This document shows, piece after piece, positions 52,321-64,000 of a stretch of DNA of 64,000 nucleotides. The notes below the pieces were generated by a model that saw only the letters and a program-made list of their open reading frames with translations, had not been told where the DNA came from and did no database searches. The position numbers and the translations under genes are program-made. The stretch covers positions 17,443,973-17,507,972 of the forward strand of contig NC_069003.1 in NCBI RefSeq assembly GCF_001194135.2. Direction: 5' to 3'. The stretch is from Octopus bimaculoides. Taxonomy: Eukaryota. How positions within the stretch are numbered: position 1 is the stretch's first letter; every line of letters starts with the position of its first letter.

Positions 52321-53251
52321 AGCTGCTTCTGTTTCTGCTGTAGGTGGATGGTGACCTCACTGACGCTGGTGCCGTGACAAAAAGCAAAAAAGAAATGCAC
52401 CCAGTACACTCTGCAAAATGCTTGGATTAGGAAGGATATTTAGGTATCATTGAAGAGTAGAAATGATGCCAAAGCCGACATTGGACTGTCAAACCATCTG
52501 ACTCTAGCCAGTATGGAAGCCGGATGCATTTAAACCAGCCATATCTACCTGCTTTATGTTCCTCTCACACCTACCCTACAGTGTAATTCTAAAAATAAAC
52601 AATCGCACCATTGAAATCTCAAGGCTACAGGATAATGCATGATTAATTTAAAGTAATTATGAAAAAATAAGCATTATATTTAACAGAGTAACTTGAATAT
52701 TCAAGGATTAAATGATGATGTATGTGTGTGTTTGTGCAGATGTGTGTGTTTGCTTGTATTTGCTTTTCTCCAAATATTGCTGAGCTACAAGTGGTGAGGT
52801 AGTTATTTCTCCTAGCAGCAAATTGTCAACTGGTATTGAACATGTGTAGAACAATAAGATATCTTGAACATGCTTGAAAAATAGGTAAGGGTTAGCTACA
52901 GGAAGAACATTCAGCTGTAAAACAATGCCTCAATAATATTTTCATCTGAGCCATTCTAGCACAGGAAAATGGCCATAAATAGTGAACAAACAATTATCGT
53001 TTGTGTTCTTAATGATAAGTTGGTCAAATACTAAATTATCTTTTGCCACTGGTCTGCATCCACACATATACAGACTGAAATATTTATGTTGGTATATGTT
53101 TGTTTACAATTAAGCCAAAGAAAGTTAAACAACAGCAAGCGAACAATGATGTAAGAACAAATGAAGAGATGATTAAAAAAGAAACATTAATATTATTGTT
53201 ATTAATATTATTATTATTTATATTGTTTGTTGAAATCATTGTATAAATTAC

Positions 53252-53326
<75 letters not shown>

Positions 53327-54304
53327 TATATATATACATACATATATATATATAGCTTTATGGCATGCACACATTTGTAAAATATATATTCACATTGTAA
53401 AAAAAGTTACAGGAAGAAAGAAAATATGAGCTTTATTTTATATTTTGTACAATGACTGGCTATTTACATACAACATCACTTCTCTTCTCATTTCAACAAT
53501 GAAATATTTAGCATAACCTCATACTCATGTATACATGTATGCATCTATCTATCAACATACACACACACACACGTGTGTGTGTGCCTGTCTATCAATATAC
53601 ATGTGAGAGTATGTATGTATAAATGCATGCATCATCATCACCACCATTTTATGTGTTTTTCCAATATTATAGAGGATGTATGTGTATACATGTATGTGTG
53701 TGTGTGTGTATATATCATCATCATCATTGTTTAATGTCTATGGAAACGTGTATAGCTATGTATTAAATATTTATAAATTCCATCCTAGAATTATTGTTAT
53801 CATATATTATTATTATGGTTGTGTAAGTCTCTTGCCATTCTGAGTTTCGCCTGTCGATGCACAAGGCCTGCAAGCAAATATGTGTGTTTATGTATAGAAT
53901 TTTGGCTTTTTTCTTATTATAAGGAAAAGGTTGCCAGCAGTTTCAAAGCTTTCAGAGCTGGCACACAGCAATTTTATAGTTATTCACTATCAAGTTGTTT
54001 TCCTTGAAAAATATATGAGACTTAAATATATTGATTGATTCTTCAATTAAAGCACAATAATATATAAAAACATGTGCTGGAAAGCATGACCTGTTACCAT
54101 AAAGGTGTGTGCATGGCAGAAATTTGCATACAGCGTATATAAGGGCTTGCAATTTTCTTCATGTATTTTTGCTGACAATGCTAAGGAATTGAGCCAACTG
54201 TTTTGTGTAACAGGGCCACCCAGCTTATGTAATAACAGTAATCAGCTTCTTGAAATACATGCACATTATATAAAACATAAGGTATCAGTTACGTTTCCTG
54301 TATT

Positions 54305-54348
<44 letters not shown>

Positions 54349-54569
54349 TATTTGCTATGTGTGATATATATTATATGAGATTCTTCCATTGTTTTATTTT
54401 ATTCACATAGACATTTTTTTATCATACCTCAAACTAATTAATTTCAAATTCCTTAGAGGAAAATAACTTTCTTTTTTCTTTTTAGATAAGTTGACACATG
54501 TATACTGAAGCATACATACATAAAAACATGTATGTGTGTGTGTATTTATATATAGATATATATAGGTGT

Positions 54570-54725
54570 AGGCATGGCTGTGTGGTAAGAAGCTTGCCTC
54601 CCAACCACATGGTTCCAGGTTCAGTCCCACTGCGTGGCACCTTGGGCAAGTGTTTTTTACTATAGCCTCAGGCCAACCAAAGCCTTATGAATGGATTTGG
54701 TAGATGGAAGCTGGAAGAAGCCTGT

Positions 54726-54762
<37 letters not shown>

Positions 54763-54965
54763 GTTTGTGTGTATGTGTTTGTCCCCCCACTATCTGAGGC
54801 TGGTGTGTTTATGTCCCATGTAACTTAGCAATTTGGCAAAAGAGACCAATAGAATAAGTACTAGGCTTACAAAGATTAAGTCATGGGATCGATTTCTTCG
54901 AATAACACCCTTTAAGGCAGTGCTCCAGCATGGCCTCAGTCAAATGACTGAAACAAGTAAAAGAA
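54570..54965 (+). mobile_element. tRNA-derived SINE-like repeat, near-complete copy
   Basis: The head GGCATGGCTGTGTGGTAAGAAGCTTGC...GGTTCAGTCCCACTG has A/B-box-like sequence. Partial copies lie near 3700, 24110, 27268, 39000 (reverse) and 60945. Confidence 0.75.
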
Positions 54966-56496
54966 TAAAGGAATAAAAGAATATATAATGTGTTTGTGAA
55001 GAATGCTCACACACACACACACACTCTATATATGTGTATATATGTCCAATTCCCTGACTGGCAGTGTGTTGTGTTGTGTTCTTCAGCAAAACACTTCATT
55101 TCACATTGCTGCAGCTGTAAATGTGTTATCCTGTGGTCCTGTGATGGACTGGTCTCTTGTTTAGGGGGAATTCTGTGATCTGGGTTCCTTATATGCCATA
55201 GGCCTGCCAGGCTAGCCACTAGAGTGGCCTCATTCAAAAGCTACAACAATGCAAAGAAACACATTGGATGTTGTTATACACCACTGATCACAATGCCTGC
55301 TTGATACAGTGATAGATACACACAAAGCATCTTTGTCAATGGAATCAAAACATGGACAACGAAGAATTTCAAGGTAGCTTTGATGGTACACACACCAGGC
55401 TTCTCACGAACAATCCCAAATAGAAAAATCTATGGATGCATTTCTGCCCATCTCTACTATTGTTGCTGAATGCAGAGTAGGATGTCACCTGCTGCTACCA
55501 TGCTGAACAACAGACCATATCAGATGTTATATTTTGGAGGCTTTGAAACTCTAACAGAAGATGAAGACTACTCAACTACACTGATGATCTCTCAACACAC
55601 ACCATGGAATTGAGGATCTACTGAAGCTGATGAATGACAGAGATTCCAGGCATGGCACAACAGCTGCTTGAAGATGTGTGTGTGTGTGTGTGTGCACGTG
55701 CGCTGGTTTTAGAAAAGATACACTGCATCTTACGTGCTAGAAAGGTTGGTGATAAGAAGAGCATCCAACTCAGCAAATCCATCCAACCCCTACCAGCTCG
55801 GAAAAGTAGACATAAAACAATGACAATGATGATGATGACATACATATTTTACAAATATGTGATACATATATTATTTTTCTTTTTTTTTTTGCTTTTAGTT
55901 GTATGTATGAATGTGTAGTATGTGTTGTATAACTGAATATTTTCAAAATAGAGGCAGAGAGAAGTAAGGGAAGGAGGGGTGTATCAACAGGCTTTCATTA
56001 AAACCCTGATATATATATATATATATATATAAAACTGTAATGCTGCTTATTTTTTTTCTTTCTTATAGCTCCAATAAATTTAGATATTTTACAGAAACTG
56101 GATTTAATATGGGTTGGATCAGGGTGCTTTATTCAAAAGGAGGGTCTTTCTTTCGGTAATGTGTTGGCTATTTTTGTTTTGGTTTTCTTTCATTCTTTTC
56201 GGTTACTATTTAGTGGCAGCATCACAGGGAAAGTAAGTCTGAGAGGGAAGTGAGGAAAATATTCAAGATGAACTGGGGAGATTAGAGGGAAGAAAGGGGA
56301 GCAATAGACTGAGGGGTAGGTGGACAGAGAGAGGGGGAAAGGAGGGAGACAGATAGGAAAACAAACAGGGTTATCTGATAATGAATGGTGGGGTATAAGC
56401 TTGGGTGAGAGTGGGGGTGGACAAATTAATTAGGTTTCCTTAATGACTCAAGATGGACAGGGCTGTATAAAGAAATTAATTATCTTCTGAAAATAA

Positions 56497-56539
<43 letters not shown>

Positions 56540-56866
56540 GAAAATATAAGGGAACAAACCTGTTGAAATATGTTCACTTCATGTTTTGTATTATTCTACT
56601 TTGTTTAGAAAACCTTGTTTTCCTCCCGTTGTCTCTTAAACTTTAAATGTTCTTTAACCCTCCCTCTCTTTCTCTCTGAATATCTTTCAGTTGCTTTTAG
56701 TTTCAGACATTTCAACAACAATAAAAAATGTTTGCTGTCATCATGAAGGCATATATATATATATATAGTAGGCTTGGCTATATAAATATATCATCCAGTA
56801 TATATCATCATGGGCAGGTTGATAATATATTTATATTATCAACCTGCCCATATATATATATATATA

Positions 56867-57019
56867 CAGGGTGTCTAGAAAGTCTCGCTCAGTTTTTATT
56901 GCATTGTACATCGTTTCATTCGTAATTATTATTCATCATTGTTCTATACAATAAAATTAACTGAAAAACCTACAATAGATTTCAAAATAAGTATCGGGTG
57001 AAACTTTTTGGACACACTG
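56867..57019. mobile_element. Tc1/mariner-type MITE
   Basis: CAGGGTGTCTAGAAAGT at the left and the inverse of CAGTGTGTCCAAAAAGT at the right, flanked by TA. Confidence 0.6.
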
Positions 57020-57021
57020 TA

Positions 57022-57285
57022 TATAGTGAACGGAACCTTGGTAGTGGTAAATATCCAGGTGAGGTGTATACCACAGGCTACTCTTCAGGCCAAGAGTATC
57101 TTGATTAAATGAAGTTTACCTTGTTAGCAAGTCCATGTTAACACATGGAGGAATTCAATCAGTGTGTTAACATGGGCCTCCTAATGACAAAGTATACTTC
57201 ATTTAATCAAGATACCCTTGGCCTGAAGAGTAGCCTGCAGTATACACCTCTCTTGGATATTTACCACTTCCAAGGTTCCACTATA
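57022..57285. mobile_element. 264-bp foldback MITE (pogo/Tigger-like ends)
   Basis: Arms of about 125 bp (57022-57145 and 57163-57285) are reverse complements with few mismatches and small indels around a 17-nt loop. Confidence 0.8.
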
Positions 57286-57386
57286 CACACACACACATAT
57301 TGTAGATCTGTCTTTACAAAATATTGCCACCTTTCTATAAGATATATAACCCAGTGATATAGATATATTTAATAGGCCTATCTATA

Positions 57387-57440
<54 letters not shown>

Positions 57441-57449
57441 CCAACTGTT

Positions 57450-57830
57450 TATATTATATAAATATATTAGAGGCCTATCTATATGAAAATATCATCCAGC
57501 TGTCTATATAAATATATTGTATGCCTATCTATATGAATGTTATTCTTCAGTGCTCTATATAAATATATTGTAGAACTGTGTGTATATAAATATATTATCC
57601 AGCTCTCTATATAAATATACTGTAGGCCTGTCCTTATGAAAATATTATCCAACTGTCTATATAAATATATTCCACGTGTCTATATAAATATATGATAAAC
57701 TTGACTATAGAAATATGTCAGTTATGAGTATAGATATATAAATTGCCAAATATATCTATATAAATGCAACTATAGAAATATATTACTATCCAGTCTGCAC
57801 TGTTTTTATATATATATATCCAGCCTGCAT
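57450..57830. repeat. AT-rich ~25/50-bp degenerate tandem repeat
   Basis: TCTATATAAATATATT recurs, alternating with ATCCAGCTG and GTAGGCCT. Confidence 0.6.
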
Positions 57831-57834
57831 TGTT

Positions 57835-57878
<44 letters not shown>

Positions 57879-58091
57879 TTCTAACCTTTCTACAAGTATT
57901 TATTGCAGATATGTCTGTAGAAATATATTATAGACATTTGCATATAAATATGTATTCCATGTGTCTTAAAAAGACTAAAAAAGCTTTTTTTTTAAAACTG
58001 CTTGGAACATTATTTTTACACTTTGTTTTTTCTAATTAACAAAAGGTAGGGGTTTTTATGGGAGTTGGGTATTTTTTATTTTATTTTATCA

Positions 58092-58123
<32 letters not shown>

Positions 58124-58359
58124 TTAATGCTGCAAATATTGCAGACATGAAGAGAGGAAAACTGAACTTTCAGACAACTGGCAAGGAACATAGTCAAGAC
58201 CAGAGTAGTTTCATTTTTTTCTTTCAGAGTGACATGATTTCCTGGTTTTGCATCAGTCAACAGAAAACCAAGTGGATGGAAAATTTTTCATTCAGAGTTT
58301 TGGTCATCAATGAAAAAAAACCCCCAAAAAAACCTAAAAAGGTCCAGGTTTCATAAACA

Positions 58360-58416
58360 TCATACTGAGGAACCAGTATCTTTGAGAAGACCCATCAATA
58401 TTCCAGCTTCCTTGAT
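58360..58416 (-). CDS. Probable terminal coding exon of the same gene (IKEAGILMGLLKDTGSSV*)
   Basis: attttcag acceptor. Phase 0 continues the 59892-59987 exon to a TGA, followed by AT-rich UTR-like sequence. Confidence 0.5.
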   Translation of the reverse strand: MKEAGILMGLLKDTGSSV

Positions 58417-59891
58417 CTGAAAATATAATGGGGAAAAAAATAAAAGATATTTTTATTTATTTTGAATTATCTAAAAATTACCATATTTTCTGGTAAACAA
58501 ATTAAGTTTTTTAGACCAAAGTTTACATCCCGCCAAAAAACCCCAAAAACGTAGATTGACTTATACACCAAGATGAATTTGGAGGGCCAAAAATTCCATG
58601 TGAAATGCAGCAAGATTTGGAAAGATGCTGACAAAATTTGAATGTTTATACTACATTAAATATGTAGTATAAACATTCAAACATCTGTATGTCATTTTGT
58701 GCTGCGGAGAATACAGTAAAACAAATGATAGTCAAATGTAACAAATATTTAGAACATCAGGAAGAATCAGTTTGATAAAGTAAGGTATCATATTTTATGG
58801 TGTCAGTTATGGTGGTGGTGGTTTATGGTTTTGTGAGAGAAGAAGGAAGGGTGGCACCCAGGACTTTTTTACAGGATCATTGAGGCTGGTGTAAGGGAAA
58901 GAAGAAGAGGGAAGATGTCCTCAGACTGTTTATCGGGTTTTTTGAGTTCTTGTACCAGATTTGACTCTGCTAAAAGCACCCAAGGGCTTGATGGTGGTGG
59001 TGGTGGTGGTGTGAGGCAGTAGTGTTGAAACGGATGGTGGATTAGGTCTACCACTTGAAGTTGTAGTGGTAGTAATGATGATGATGATGGAACTAAGAAG
59101 CTTTAGAGAATGCACTACTGTGGTGATGTGGTGAGCAGAACCATGTCTCGCTTCAAGGTCTACTCTGATCTGGAGTAGTATCACCTGTCAGAGAGTCTCA
59201 GCTATGAGTTAATTAGCATGTTAATTAGAAGAAACTCTAAGCACAAACCTTCACTGCCTTGTGAGTGCCTTGGGGAAGGAAATGACTACGAGAGTCAACC
59301 TCAACAGCAAATCAAAGAGTGGAGTGCCCCAGGCACAATCTTCAATAGCCTTCTAGCAACTCAAGGTAGGTGGTGCTCTACAACCTTGTAAGGCACTTCA
59401 CCTTGGAGAAGGCCATTCCAATGTGAAACCTACAACTTGCAGGTTACTGCAGCTTTCTTAGCTCACTGAACTGCTATGGTCAGAGCTTCAAGTTTAAAGA
59501 GTGGGATAGGATTGCATGGAGTGACTCCTATTTTAAAACTACAAAGCACAGGCAGGAAGAAAAGCCCTGCAGTGATGGAGAAGAGAAGTGGATGGTAGGG
59601 GCAGTCCCAGTCAAACTCTGCATGCAGGTGCTGTTCTTCTTCCTGATCTTTGAACACAAACTACTCCCGTCATCAGCATGGTGGCAAAAAGAGGGAGAGT
59701 TTTTAGTGTTGCATGGAGTGAAGTGAGAGACTTAAGTGGAATAAAGTCATATTTGAATAGAGTGAAATGGAGTGAAGGTTCATAATTAAACAAAGAAAAA
59801 AAAATTTGAAATGAATTTTTTTTGTTTGTTTATTTGAGAGCTAAGCAAAGAATTAAATTTTATATAAAAATAAAAAAAACGAATAAAATAC

Positions 59892-59987
59892 CTGTCGAAC
59901 ATCTTCCGAGCAATCCTTTTTTGCTTGCTGGAGTAGATCTGACTGTCCACGTAACATTCGTACATTCCAGGCGAAATGTTCAATTGC
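59892..59987 (-). CDS. Internal exon of an unidentified gene (AIEHFAWNVRMLRGQSDLLQQAKKDCSEDVRQ)
   Basis: ttttag acceptor, 96 nt open in phase 0, CAG|GTATTT donor. Non-repetitive, helical-looking peptide. Family not recognised. Confidence 0.7.
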
Positions 59988-61214
59988 CTAAAACATTACA
60001 AACAAGGATCCAGAAGTAAGAACAGAAAGAAAGAAAAAAAGAAAGAAAGGAAGAAAGAGAGAGTGAGAGAGAGAGAGAGGTGGGTGGGTTGAAGGCTTTT
60101 AGCTATCTTGACTGATAAATGGATGGTTATTCTGAATTTAAAATCTACTCCATTTCATTTTTCTCCAGACAATCAAGAAAACAGTAGTGCAGAAGACTCA
60201 GTTGAATCTTTAATCATTAACACACAAAACTATTTTGAGCAGATCTAGGTTTAAGCCTTTAGCATTTGAACTGGCCATAACCAGTCAAAATGTGTTTTAT
60301 GCTAAAACTGATCAGATCCAACCTATCATACCAACCTTACAATGTCATTCTAAAAATAAACAACCACATCACTGAAATCTTGAAACAGTGAGTTAAAGCA
60401 TGATAAATTCAATTGAATGTGAATAAATAAGGATTACAATTGAAAGAGTAATCTGAATGCTAATGGGTTAAAGATTCCATCAGGATTTCATGTTAGTTTA
60501 TGTTCCAAACACTGGCTTTGTAGAGGCAGTGTTGTTTTACTAGGTTGTTCAATGTCTTGGAGTTTAATTGATATGGAGATGGTGTATTTCATGGGGAGGT
60601 ATGGTGACAGATGGGTTAAGTCCTTGTTTCACCCCATACAGAAGCATATTCTCTCCACACACCCCGTGGAGGGCTGGCCTTGTCTGCTTTAGAATACCTG
60701 GTTGCCAGATATTTTGATGCTTGTATCTATTCCAGCTCTTAGTGTTTCTGACAGCAATGCCTTACAACCACACTGGTGCCAAGCTGTACTGGCCTTAAGA
60801 TTTCAGCCTTTCTCTTGAATAAATATCAATGCCAGTCTTTCACAAAAGACCTTGCCCAACCTGCATGGCATGACTGAGTCTGACCAATAGAGGCTCCCAT
60901 TAAAGTGTAGTATTTAAAACATCAGGAATTGTTAACAAGACACAGGCGCAGCTGTATGGTAAGAAGCTTGCATCCCAACCACTGTGATAACATTGAAAAG
61001 GATTAAAATATATGGCGGAGAATGAATGAATTTATCTGACAACTTAATATCCTTTAAAGAATTTTAGTCCAATGAATCGACCCCAGTACTTATGTTTTTG
61101 TAAAGCTTGGTAGTTATTCTATTGGTCTCTCTTGCCAAATCACTAAGTTACGGGGACACAAACATACCAACACTAGTTGTCAAGCAGTAGTGGGGGATAA
61201 ACACACACACACAC

Positions 61215-62100
61215 AATCTTAAATTAAAAACCACAAATCTTGCAAATACCTATCCAGGGTTTCCTGGTCGAAATAATATATTCCACCATTTATCAAGCAG
61301 AAAGCAAGAGCATTTGTCTTTTGAACAGATAACGTGTAAAGAAGAAGATAAAAAGGAAAAAAACAAGGGAGATAACCAACATGACAATAATGATGTTAAG
61401 CAGATGTAAACAAGATGTTAATGGTTTACTAAGTGTCTGGTGGTCTGCTTTTAAATTCTGACGATGTATTTTTTGAAATGTGGACATGAAGAAAAAAATC
61501 TCGTTCCTTTAATTTGTGTCTATTGGAGGTTCTCAAGTGTTTTAATAGATACAGTTTTTCAAGCGAACACACTGAACATTATTTAGACCTATTAATACAG
61601 GGTCAGGATTTAGAAAGGATTTTCCATTTGATATTGGAATTGGTCCCTTCATCTTTTAAGATTAAAGCTGAAAGATTTGTTGAATGTTTCTTATTATGGT
61701 ACCTAAGATTTGAAAGATGGTTGTTACATCTAGATATAAATTTTCCTTCCACGGTTCTGATATAACATTTGATATTTGTACAACCATTGTCATAGTTTGC
61801 TGAAACTTGTGCTTCATAAACAACAGGAAGATATATCACACTTCTGTCCTAGATGACATTTAGATTTGTCACTACATGTGCATCCTAGGCAGGCTTGAAT
61901 CATCTGCTGCTTATCTCCCTTGTATTTTTCTGTTTTTTTTTTTGTTGTCTTCTTTCATCTCTTGTTTAAACATTATCTGCTCAAAAGACAACTGACAAAC
62001 AGTCTTGATTTCAGCTTGATAAATGGTGGAATAAATTATTATTTTGACCAAGAAACCATGGGTAGATATTTGCAAGATTTGTGCTTTGTAATTTAAGATT
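61215..62100 (-). mobile_element. Penelope-like element fragment: GIY-YIG endonuclease remnant between inverted pseudo-LTRs
   Basis: Peptides VVYEAQV..YIRTVEGKFISRCNNH..STNLS..IKWKIL and CSVCSLEK..RNEIFSSCPH. 61215-61375 is the inverse of 61911-62100. Confidence 0.85.
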
Positions 62101-62169
62101 GATTATCTTTACTCTCTCAGCTGATCAAGTGCTTTGCTAATTGTTGAAGCATTACCACAAATTTTATGT

Positions 62170-63200
62170 ATATATAATCTTCTGGGTAGGTAACAGTGAC
62201 AGGGAAGAAGGTGGTGTGAGCATACTTCTCATAGAGAAATGGGTGGATAAGGTCATACAGGTAGTCAGAGTGCGCAATAGAGTACTTAAGCTCAGGCTAG
62301 TTTTGCAGAATAGTATAGCAACAATTATCTCTGCCTATGCGCCCCAGGTAGTGCTACCAAATGAGCAGAAGGACCACTTTTATGCTATCCTTCTGCAGGG
62401 ACATGTTGGGCAGCAGCCAGGTATCTTCCATGGAGTACAAGGGTCATGGAATTGGTTCCCGAAACAAAAAGGGAACAAGGCTACTGGAGCTCTGTGACAC
62501 AAATGACTTAATGATCTGCAACACCAACTTCAGGAAGCCAATCAGTCACCTGCTTACCTATCAATTGGGTGACCATGCTAGCCAGATTGATTTCATTCTC
62601 ACCAGACAGCGATTTACAAGGTCACTTGTAAATGCAAAGACCTTCCTTGGTGAAGAATGTACCCCCACACCCAGCATAGACTACTCATCAGTGACTTTAG
62701 ACTTCAGGCCAGAAGGTTGCCTAGAAGCAGACTAATCTGGAAAAGAAGGATCTGGAAGCTTAAGGATCCTTTATATGGTCAGAGATTTAGGGACACCCTA
62801 ATTGAGAAATTTGATGAGAAGCAGGAGGAACTAAACTTGTAACATAGAGGGCAGCTGGGAACTCTTAAGGGACAGCTTGCTGAGTGCTACAGACCAAATC
62901 TGCAGCTGGTGCAAAGTCCCAACCAGAACTAGGGTGATGTGGTGGTAGAGCGGTGCTGTAGACAAAACCATTAGAGCAAAGAAGCAGGTCTGGAAAGAGT
63001 GGGAGAGTGGTGGTAGCAGGGAACTATATCAGGTAGCTAAGAGGGAGGCTAGAAGACAGAGGAGAAGCAGAGAGGAGGAACTTTGCCAATGTTCTGCATC
63101 GTGAGGACCAGAGGCTTGAAGTATTTCAGATTGCAAGACAATGTGTCGGAGAAAATCATGATGTGGTAGGAGAGAGATGTATTTGCATGGATGATGGGTC
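62170..63200 (+). mobile_element. RTE LINE endonuclease-region fragment
   Basis: Peptides ISAYAPQV, LMICNTNFRK and SQIDFIL. Confidence 0.85.
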
Positions 63201-63227
63201 ACTGGCAGTTAGTATTTTGAAATACTA

Positions 63228-63970
63228 AAGAGTAAATTTATTCAAAAAATTGCCATTGGCCTCAACCACAGCCTCCAGACGACTTTGGAATCTCCTGCAA
63301 CTCTTCTGGGTGGTCTCCTTGTCTAAGTTGGTGAATGCTGCTATAATCCTTGCCTTCAGTTCCTCTTGGGTGTTACAAGGAGTTTTGTTGGTCTCTCACA
63401 CACATAATAATCAAGGGGGTTGCAGTGTGGGCATTTCGGTGGCCAGATGTTAGGGATGATGTGGTTGCAGAAATTGTCTGACAGCCATGACTGGGTTCTC
63501 CTGCTTGTGTAGCATAGTGCAGATTCCTGTTGCCAGCAGCCACCCTCTTGACCCAGGGCAGCACTGCCTCTTCCAGGCACTTGATAGAGGCCTCCATGTT
63601 AAGTGTGAGGCCGTGTGGGAAGATGAATGGAAGTATAATGTTGCCATCACTAGTGATCACTCCAAACACCATGATGTTGACTGGATGTTTGACTGTTATC
63701 ACTCTCAGTACGTTTTAGGAACACAGCAAGCCAACAGTTGTTCTGTGTGTTCACCATTTGTTTGTACTGGAGCTTTCAGCTTGAATGCCAAGTAGTACAG
63801 CATGTTGTTTCCAAATTTCTGGCAGAGCAAATTGCATCATGATGCTGTTTTACTCACAAATGGTATCCAACTGACTCTACTATACTGTGCAGTCAACAAA
63901 ATCAAAAGCAAACAAATGTGCATGCATGAAATAAAAAATATAAAATTGCGACAATTTACTCATTGCATCA
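63228..63970 (-). mobile_element. Tc1/mariner maT-type (DD37D) transposase remnant
   Basis: Peptides MVFGVITSDG and QQESA...WPPKCPHCNPLDY. There are 37 residues between the second and third catalytic positions. Confidence 0.85.
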
Positions 63971-64000
63971 TATGTATGTATGAATGTATGTATATATATA

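Noticed and set aside
53900-54290. Non-repetitive stretch as a possible exon
   Set aside because: All frames checked are short or lack matching splice sites, and no peptide is recognisable.
58800-60900. ORF fragments near 58.9-59.7 kb and 60.5-60.9 kb as host exons or a tyrosine recombinase
   Set aside because: They contain many stops. An EYASVW motif points to decayed LINE RT C-terminal sequence, and the family could not be assigned.

Overview
This is a repeat-rich animal genomic window with six N gaps. The SINE/RTE repeat families and (AT)n tracts look like an octopus or other coleoid cephalopod; that assignment is an inference. The ORF track misses almost all real coding sequence because the genes are split into short exons. 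Reading by splice sites, I reconstructed (1) the first eight coding exons of MCM9 on the minus strand (ATG at 26182, 286 codons, continuing past the left edge) and (2) a complete five-exon ISCU gene on the plus strand (26490-39407, 152 aa). The two start codons are head-to-head and only 307 bp apart. (3) Two in-phase minus-strand exons near 58.4 and 59.9 kb look like the 3' end of a third, unidentified gene. The rest is mobile DNA: RTE and CR1-like LINEs, SINEs, mariner (DD34D), maT (DD37D) and hAT remnants, GG-terminated MITEs with 8-bp target duplications, foldbacks, a Penelope-like fragment and a ~76-bp satellite. The most notable signals are a family of minimal Penelope-type hammerhead ribozymes, including a fully intact one in ISCU intron 1 and a one-base-defective one in the sense strand of MCM9 intron 3, and a genomic Gln (CAG) at a normally Arg ssDNA-binding position of MCM9 that A-to-I editing could restore.
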